Positions 55,691 through 64,000 of a DNA stretch of 64,000 nucleotides are shown piece by piece. Both the position numbers and the translations under genes were made by a program. This DNA is from the human T2T-CHM13v2.0 reference genome, Homo sapiens. Location: NCBI RefSeq assembly GCF_009914755.1, contig NC_060928.1. One strand, written 5' to 3'. Under the pieces are notes generated by a model. That model had not been told where the DNA came from, did not search any database, and saw only the letters and a list, made by a program, of their open reading frames with translations. Numbering within the stretch: the stretch's first letter is position 1; every line of letters begins with the position of its first letter.

Positions 55691-56324
55691 CCTATATGGA
55701 ATAATCCAAATTTCTTCAGTAATTTGACTTGCCACATTTATGAAATAATATATTTCCTGCTACAATGAGTTACTTGTTTGATCTTATTCTAGTAATCCAT
55801 TTATTAGGATAGCTTCATAAAGTATTTTACAATATGTTAGGTCACATTATTTTTCAAGATTTTCTTGAGATTCACATAATTTATAAACATAAAAAGTTAA
55901 CTTTGACTAATTAAAATATAGAATTTTATTTAATACAGTGTTGTGTGTATATATTATTTTTCTTAATTTTTGATATTTTTATGAAAAATATCATTTCGTG
56001 AATTTTTTCAGGTCATGCTTTGTGTCCTTAATTTGCATGGTTTTTCTCTTGATAAATATATTTTAATTTTAATATATTTAGTATTTTATTGCTATTGTGG
56101 AAGTATATCTCCAGCTTTATTTTTTTTTGAGTGGCTATTGAAAGAGTAAATTAAAGCTGTAGCTCCTTGTAAATGTATTTTATGTACATTTGTATTACCA
56201 TATTCTTTAAAGTTCTATTTTTGTTGTTTAGAGTCATTTAGATTTTCTAGCTATATAATTTGATTGATGAGAATGGATAATGATTTTGCTTCCTCTTTTG
56301 CAAAGCATATATTCCTTGTGACCA

Positions 56325-56720
56325 ACAGAGTAGCCTAGTTTACTGTGCAGTAACAAATAACTACAAAATTTCAGTGACTTGAAACAGCAAAAAGATACTG
56401 TTCACTCAAGCTACATTTCCATTTTGAGGAGCTGTGCTTGGCATTATTCTCACTGAGACCTGTGTAAAAAAGGTAACCACAATCTTGAATAGCTTTGAGC
56501 TCTGTGTCAGAGGGAAATAGAACCATCGAGAGTCATGTGTTTTCTCTCAAATTACCAACTGGAAGTAGTATATATGGCTTCTGTTTACATTCCATTAGCT
56601 TAAGCAAGTCACATGTCCACATCTAATTTCAAGGTTGTAGGAAATCCAATTCCTGTGCCCAAATGGAAAACTTGATAATTAAAACAGAAACTATTCGGGA
56701 GTGAACAACAATGAATACAT
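56325..56720 (-). mobile_element. Old MaLR LTR (MLT1I/J-like)
   Basis: TGCAGTAACAAATAAC...TTTCAGTGACTTGAAACAGCAAA...TTCCATTAGCTTAAGCAAGTCACATG. Confidence 0.6.
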
Positions 56721-56809
56721 TGCGTATTATAATTTGTAGATTGCAGCTAAATAAAAATTTACAGGAAGTATTTCTTAGGCAAGCAAATGAATTAAGCATT
56801 TAGTTAAAA

Positions 56810-57340
56810 ATCTATAAGCTCAAAAGTAATGAAAACATGTGTCCATATAAAAAACTGTACATGTGTTCTGGTCAGTATTATTCATAGTAACCAAAAAGTA
56901 GAACAAACCCAAATGACCATTAACTGATAAATAGATAATTAAAATGTGGCTTATCCATATAATGCAATGTTATTTGGCAATAAAAAGAAATGAAGTACTG
57001 ATACATGCTACAACATTAATTAACCTTAAAAATATATGACAAGTGACAGAAGCTATATTCAAGGACCATATATTGTATGATTCTATTTATATGGAAGTCT
57101 AGAATCAGAAATCTATAGAGACAGAAAGTAGATGGCAGTTACCTAGGCCTGGTGGAGGTTGAAGGGAATGGAGAATGACTGTTAAGGGGTTTGCTTTTGT
57201 GGTGACAAGAATGTTCTGAGATTGATTGTGGTGATTGTTGCACAATTCCAAATATATTAAAAGCCTATGAATTGTGTAATTAAAGTGGGTGAATTGTATG
57301 GTATGTGAACTATCTGTCAATATAGCTGTTACTTAAAAAC
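56810..57340 (+). mobile_element. L1MB-like 3' end
   Basis: AATGAAGTACTGATACATGCTACAAC, AGAGACAGAAAGTAGAT, AAATGTTCT-like, GGGTGAATTGTATGGTATGTGAACTAT. Confidence 0.8.
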
Positions 57341-58163
57341 TATAAAAGGGATAGTGTATCTAAATAAAGTAGATGAAGGATACTATGAATATGACAGAGA
57401 TAATAAATAAAACCAAAGTGCACTGCTTGAAAAGATGCAGAATGTAGTCTAGCGAAACTGAACAAAATAGGGGAAAGGAGAGAGGGAAGACACAAAGAGA
57501 AAACACTAGAACTTAAAATAAGACTTGGAGAGCTATATGGATAATAAACATATAAACTATGCCCAACTGCATTAGTCATCAAGGAAATGCAATTTAAAAC
57601 TGCAATCTGATACTACTTATGGATTCATGAGATTGGCTAAAATGATAAAATAGAGTACCAAATGTTATTGAGAATACAGAGAAAATGAGACTCTTATATG
57701 CTGTGATGGGAGAGCAAAGGCATAACTTCTTTGGAAAATTTCATTAATATTATACATTAAAACTAAATATTTGCATAGCCAATGATCTGGAAAATCTATT
57801 CTCAGGAGTCTATTTATTTTCCCATTAGCCTATGATTTAAGTGGTTTTTTGTTTCTTTTCTTTTTTTATTTAAATTTCCAGACATATACATTAATAAGTA
57901 TATTATTATGATTTATTTTTAGTTTTATAGTATAGCAATCAGAGAATGCATTCTACATTACCTTAATTCTTTGGAATTTATTCTCTTGTAGCCTAATACA
58001 TGGTCAAATTTTGTAAAAGTTTCATGTATTATAGAAAAAAATGTATCTTTGTTCAGTGGAAGATTCATTATATAGCTATTAGATCAAACATTTTCCTCTT
58101 CCAGTATTATTAATTTTTTGTTTTCTCATTAGCTAAAATGATTTCTTTTAGAAACAAAGTGTT

Positions 58164-58921
<758 letters not shown>

Positions 58922-59078
58922 TGAAAGATCCCTCCATCTCCCTGTAAAGGTTACTCAACTGAAGTTGTTTTGTATTTATTATGTTGGTGTTATTGTATGC
59001 ATGTATATATGGGCAATATTTCCTAATATAGTAAATATATAGAATAATATATTACTATAGGCAAATATATGCTGTTCC

Positions 59079-59081
<3 letters not shown>

Positions 59082-59140
<59 letters not shown>

Positions 59141-59150
59141 CGTGTGTGTG
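59082..59150. repeat. Compound (TA)~17(TG)~17 microsatellite
   Basis: Continuous alternating purine-pyrimidine tract with one CG interruption. Confidence 0.95.
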
Positions 59151-59684
59151 TATATGGGATTATATATATATGGGATTATATATATATGAGATTATATATA
59201 TAATATATATATCCTTCTCCCTTTATCTATACATAAATATATATATGGAAATATATGTTTCCCAACAAAGATATATTTTGTACATTACAAAGTATACATT
59301 TCCCTCTCCCTTATTTGTCTCCTACAAATAGCCAAAGCTGGATTTTATCTTTTTATTTGGCTTTAGAAGTTCCATCTTTTAATCGGAAATTTTCACCTAT
59401 ATGCATTTAATATTATTATTAACACACTGAGGCTTATCCCTCTAATTTTATTTTATGCTTTATATTTGCCATATTTTTTCTTCTTTTTTTATTATCTTTA
59501 TTTCTCCTCTTCTAGTTGAGAAATTATACATAATATTTTTATTCTTCTAGTATCATCCCAAACTTTTGTAACAGAAATATTTAAATTTATATTTATCTAC
59601 CCAAATCTAAAGTCTATAAATATCTATATCCTTTTCCTGAATAAACAAACACTTCAGCATTAAGGTTTAGAAAGTTTAAATTTA

Positions 59685-59884
59685 GGGCAATCTCTGAAGG
59701 GTCATCTCAGCTTCAGAGCTCTGTGTGACATTGACTAAGGCTGCTGTTGCAAAAGAATTTCAGCTTAACTTCTCCCTTTGCCCAATCCTACTTTCATTGT
59801 TTCCTCATGGCACTTTTCAACAAACATCAAAACACAAATCTTAGCAACTCAGAATATGCCTCCTAGGAAAGCTGACCTGCAATA
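59685..59884 (+). mobile_element. LTR16-like (ERVL) 3' fragment
   Basis: CTCTGAAGGGTCATCTCAGCTTCAGAGCTC...AACTTCTCCCTTTGCCCAATCCT...CTCAGAATATGCCTCCTAGGAA. Confidence 0.65.
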
Positions 59885-59992
59885 TAGAGGCGGTCTTTAA
59901 TCTGAGCACATTTTTATCCTGTGCTTTTAATGATTTGCACCTAATTCAGCATTTGAGTTAATTCCCTAAAATACACAATTTACTGCTTTGAA

Positions 59993-60270
59993 GTTTTTTT
60001 TTTTAATTTCAGTTTTTATTTTAGATACAGGAGGTACATTTATAGGATTGTTACATGGATATATTTGACCCAGATGGTGGGCATGGTACCCAATAGGTAA
60101 TTTTTCAATCAACGCACCCCTCTCTCTCTCTTGCCCCCTCGTCCAGTAATACCCAGTGTCTATTGTTCCCATGTTTATGTCCATGTCTGTTCAATATTTA
60201 GCTCCCACTTATAAGTGAGAACATGCGGTATTTGGTTTTCTGTTCCTGCATTAATTTGCTTAGGATTATG
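59993..60270 (-). mobile_element. Older L1PA-like 3'-end fragment
   Basis: TTTTATTTTAGATACAGGAGGTACAT...CTCCCACTTATAAGTGAGAACATGCGGTATTTGGTTTTCTGTTCCTG. Confidence 0.85.
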
Positions 60271-60369
60271 TTTCTAAGTTTAATATGACACAAACTCTTC
60301 AGACTTGATCGTTTTACTCTATGAACAAAAAGAAAAAAAAGGTGCAATTTAAAATATATTCATATTTTA

Positions 60370-61193
60370 AAGAAAGTGTTTAAAGATAAGTTTATTTTTA
60401 TGTTTAACATTATTTCCAAAGATTTAATACTGCACACAAAGTACATATAATAGGGGAAGATCAGCAAATATATAAAACAAAATAATTTGATTTACAGTAA
60501 TAGCAGATGGTGGCCACCTGCCGTTTGTGTTAAATATGAGTCATGTTCAGCAATGCCATCATTTATGAAACTAGAGATAGTCCCTATTTTCTATTTCTAA
60601 TTTGCAGAATAGGCATAAATGAATAAAGACATGACAGGTTTGGTGATTAAAAGAGTGGCAGAGTTTTAAATTCACTACATTAGTGAGTTCATTATGAGTT
60701 GCTTCATTGCAGCTTAGTAATGCAGGGACAGTTGGTATGGATTAAATTGGATATTGTATAGTTATCATCCTTTTGACATATGGGCTCCCTGGTGGGGTAA
60801 CACCTGCTTGACTTTATTCAAGGAAATCTAAAGAAAATATGGAAGAATAGGCATAAAAGCATACTGAACACTAAAATGTAGATTAAATATGATTTTAGTC
60901 ATGCTACTTGGCATTTGGAGACCCGTCAAGCACCAGGGGGTGTGATCATTGTGACTAAGATACCAGAGTAGTGGATGTCAAATTACCCATAATATAAAAT
61001 ATCTTCAAAACATAAGTAAAGTCTTCCTGTAATAAGCCTCAATTCTACTATGTAGATGTAAAATTAATCTGAGTTAATTCCAAAGACAGCTGTTGGTGGA
61101 TATAATGACAAGAGCATGGGACTTCGCAGTTCTGCCCACCGAAGATAAAGTTCTGTTCCACAGGTGAATTTTACATCTCTGGCAATTTGTTTG
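60370..61193 (-). other. Candidate terminal (3' UTR) exon of an unidentified minus-strand gene
   Basis: Acceptor TTCCATATATTTTATAG| at 61194; repeat-free sequence; AATAAA on the minus strand at 60813-60818 and 60391-60396. Confidence 0.4.
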
Positions 61194-61537
61194 CTATAAA
61201 ATATATGGAACCTAAATTACTGCAGAATTTTGGTGGGTGAAATAATATTGTATGTATCACACCTCCTACAACAAACTGGGGACCCATCAACTATTTCTTT
61301 AAATTATATTATGAAAATAAGGAAATATTTATGTATTACCAACCTTTTCCAGAATAGGACTGTACTTTACAGTGATGCATAAAATATGACTGAAGAGCAT
61401 GTATTGGAACTTAATGAAAGATATTTAAAAACAAACAAGAAAATGGAGAAAAACAGAAAGCAAGAAGAAGACTATGATGAAAATTTTAGCAGCCTACAAA
61501 TAACCTATATTTATGCCTCAAATTTTCTGAAGCTTAC

Positions 61538-61695
61538 ATGCAAAAGGAGACCCTGTTGGTTATACAGTACAATATTATTTACTCGGGGTAGTACGGAATA
61601 TCTGTTCTTGGTATAAGAGCGGGAAAAGATTTCTCTTGAGGGTCTTCATAAAGAGAACATTGTTGGAAATGATAAACAGCATCCTCAATGGAATT
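61538..61695 (-). CDS. Candidate penultimate exon (158 nt) containing a stop codon; frame unresolved
   Basis: Acceptor TACTGCATCTATTTTAAG|, donor CAT|GTAAGC, retained CpGs. Spliced to the 56-nt exon it reads KIPLRMLF...RTTPSK*; in phase 0 it reads NSIEDAVY...DIPYYPE*. Confidence 0.45.
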
Positions 61696-61783
61696 CTTAA
61701 AATAGATGCAGTAGCAAGAGCTTTATAGAATTGTTCTAAATAGGTTTCTTGAATTATTTCAAGGGGTAACTCAATAAACATAC

Positions 61784-61839
61784 TTCTGTACATGGAAAGG
61801 CGAGGGCAAGTCTAAGTCTTGCTTATCTGCTGAAGGGTA
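61784..61839 (-). CDS. Candidate 56-nt coding exon (YPSADKQDLDLPSPFHVQ..)
   Basis: Strong acceptor GCTTCTTTTGCCCTTTCTCAG|, donor GAA|GTATGT, only one open frame, 88-nt intron to the next candidate exon. Confidence 0.5.
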
Positions 61840-63164
61840 CTGAGAAAGGGCAAAAGAAGCAATTGCAATCTAGGTAACTGGCTTAAAATAAAGACATATT
61901 TTAGGATATCTGAAAGAGTGAATGGCTTGTGCCCTGCATATAATTTATCATGAATTTGTTTCTTTCACAGATAAATTTTGAACAAATATAAAAGGGCAGT
62001 GAACTTAAAATTGTAATTTTTAGAAAATTCAAAATGAGGAGCTACTCTGTTGCTTGTTCTTTTTATGTAACAAAAGTTTGAGCCCCTACTATAATCCAAG
62101 TACTGTGCTGGGGACATACAGGACAATACTGTGATTTTGAATACTATATTTATCTATATGTGTATGCACATATGCCTATACATGTCAATGTATATCTATG
62201 CATCTACCACCCACAGATACCCCAAAGCCACTGCCTTTGTTGTCCCATAAAGCTGAAATTTAGTGTCCTTTGTCTACTGCAAGGCTGTTGTCCCATTTTT
62301 TACTACTGTCATATGAGTCACCCTTTAGCCCTTGTTAGCTGGGAAATCAATGGCAATCTTTTAAAAACCATACAAAACAGATTAAGAGGATCTAAAAGAC
62401 TATGGAAGAGGCTCTCTTGTAACAACAACATGAGATTTGTGCATCAATATTGGCTTCCCAAAGACATTTTATATTTTCTCACTTGATGGGCTCTACACAG
62501 TTAGTGTGTATACAAATATAGTCAGACATATTAGATGAAAGATGTTTGGGTAATTTAAGTTTTATCCTTATTATAGTTGCATATTTTTCTTAACTTTGAG
62601 ATTTGTTACTTATTTTGCTAAGGAGTAAAGAATGAAATTAATATAAACTTTTAGGGAATAGAAGTTGCTAAAAAAGATATTTATACATAAGATTATAATG
62701 AAAATGAAATTGATAATGATGGCTAGCATGTGCCACACACTTTAACTTTCAAATTTTCATTAATTCTCCCTAAATACACAGATTTATATCCTTTGTCTAA
62801 AAATGTCCTTGTATCATTCTCATTCTCAAGGACAGTTAGTTACTGAGTACACAATGCTAGGTGACATTTACTATAAGTTAGTTTTGCTGAATGTAAAAAT
62901 ACAAATCCCTTATGGCCAATGTGTCCTATTATCCATACAAAAGGTGCATACAATAAGACTTTATAAATATAGCATATGGCCTCTTTAATTCAGTATAATC
63001 CTGTGAGATTCATCTGTCTTATTGCATGTATCAATAATTTATTGTTAATGAGCAATGTTTCACAATAAGAATATATCACAAAAATTTTTTTCATTTTTAT
63101 GACAATAGATATTTGAATTATTTCTAGTTTCTAGCTGTTATGAATAACATTTTTGTGAATTCCC

Positions 63165-63983
63165 AGTCTGCCAATCCACTATGAGACCACATCCATGGCC
63201 AGAGAAACAGGTCAATAGAGATGCCCCAGCAGACCCACTCATAAGTAGCCAAATAGCTATGTGCCCATGCCCCAAGCCACAGAAAGAGCCTAGTGGCCTC
63301 ACTCTGTAAGCCAGTCTCCAAAGACTCACCATATGCATGTATGTATCACTGGCCTGAGAATCAGCATGACAAGCCCACCCCTGGCAAAGATGTGTCACCA
63401 TTGCCCAAACTCCCAAAGCCTTGGCCACTGAGGCACTCATAAATATAGCTAGTATAGTTTAGAGCTGCAGAAACTACACAGAGCATATTACTATGTGCAT
63501 CTAGAAACATAGCCAATCCACCCTACCCGACTAGATCACAGGACACATCTACAGGAATAAGTCTTTCTCTATGAAAGCTACTCCATAAAACTGGAAGAGG
63601 TGAGTGTTCCACCACATGCACAGATATCAATGTAGGGGCACAAGAGACATGAAAAAGCAAGAAACAATAATTATTTAGTAACAGAACACAACAATTCTTT
63701 AGTAACAGAGTTAGTAACACCCCCAAAGGAAATTTACAAAATGACAAAAAGGAATTCAAAATAATGATATTAAGGAAACTCAGTAAGATACAATACAATA
63801 GATATAGATAATTCAACAAAATTAGTAAAGCAATTCATGATCTGAATGACGTATCATTAAAAAAACTCCAGAAATCATGGAGCTGAAGAATTCAATAAAT
63901 GAAATGAAAAATAAAGTCAAGAGCCTCAAGTGGAAAAAAGAATTTCTGAATTTGAAGAGAGGTCTTTTAAAATAACTCAGGCA
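63165..63983 (+). mobile_element. L1M(A)-like 5' UTR and start of degraded ORF1
   Basis: AAGCTACTCCATAAAACTGGAAGAGG, ACATGAAAAAGCAAGAAAC, GAATTCAAAATAATGATATTAAGGAAACTCAG, GAGCTGAAGAATTCAATAAATGAAATGAAAAAT. Confidence 0.75.
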
Positions 63984-64000
63984 GGCTGGGCACGGTGGCT
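63984..64000 (+). mobile_element. Alu 5' end (cut by window edge)
   Basis: GGCTGGGCACGGTGGCT. Confidence 0.8.

Noticed and set aside
61386-61616. Plus-strand 76-aa K/E-rich ORF
   Set aside because: Antisense to a pyrimidine-rich intron of the better-supported minus-strand exon cluster; compositional artefact.

Overview
Primate (human-like) genomic DNA, AT-rich and CpG-depleted, mostly interspersed repeats. It holds about 24 Alus (many with target-site duplications, TSDs), MIR/L2/L1 relics, MaLR and ERVL solo LTRs, MER20 and Tigger3b. A 9.5-kb MER57-type (ERV1/MER4-group) provirus at 17746-27234 keeps both LTRs, a 4-bp TSD, a tRNA-Leu PBS, a PPT and degraded gag/integrase/env remnants, and it sits inside an old antisense L1. 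There is no intact long ORF, no rRNA/tRNA gene, no CRISPR array and no CpG island; nearly all ORFs in the track are repeat-derived noise. The best host-gene signal is a cluster of three minus-strand candidate exons plus poly(A) signals at about 60370-61839, probably the 3' end of a gene I cannot name. I see no convincing novel biological system. The most unusual structures are a 77-bp non-Alu inverted repeat (13210-13286/14101-14177), a probable templated 17-bp insertion (50209-50225), a doubled PPT/LTR-like 3' end in the provirus, an L1-in-L1 antisense hairpin, and two recursive-splice-site-like motifs. Repeat subfamily names are from recall of consensus sequences, not from a database search, and boundaries of old elements are approximate.
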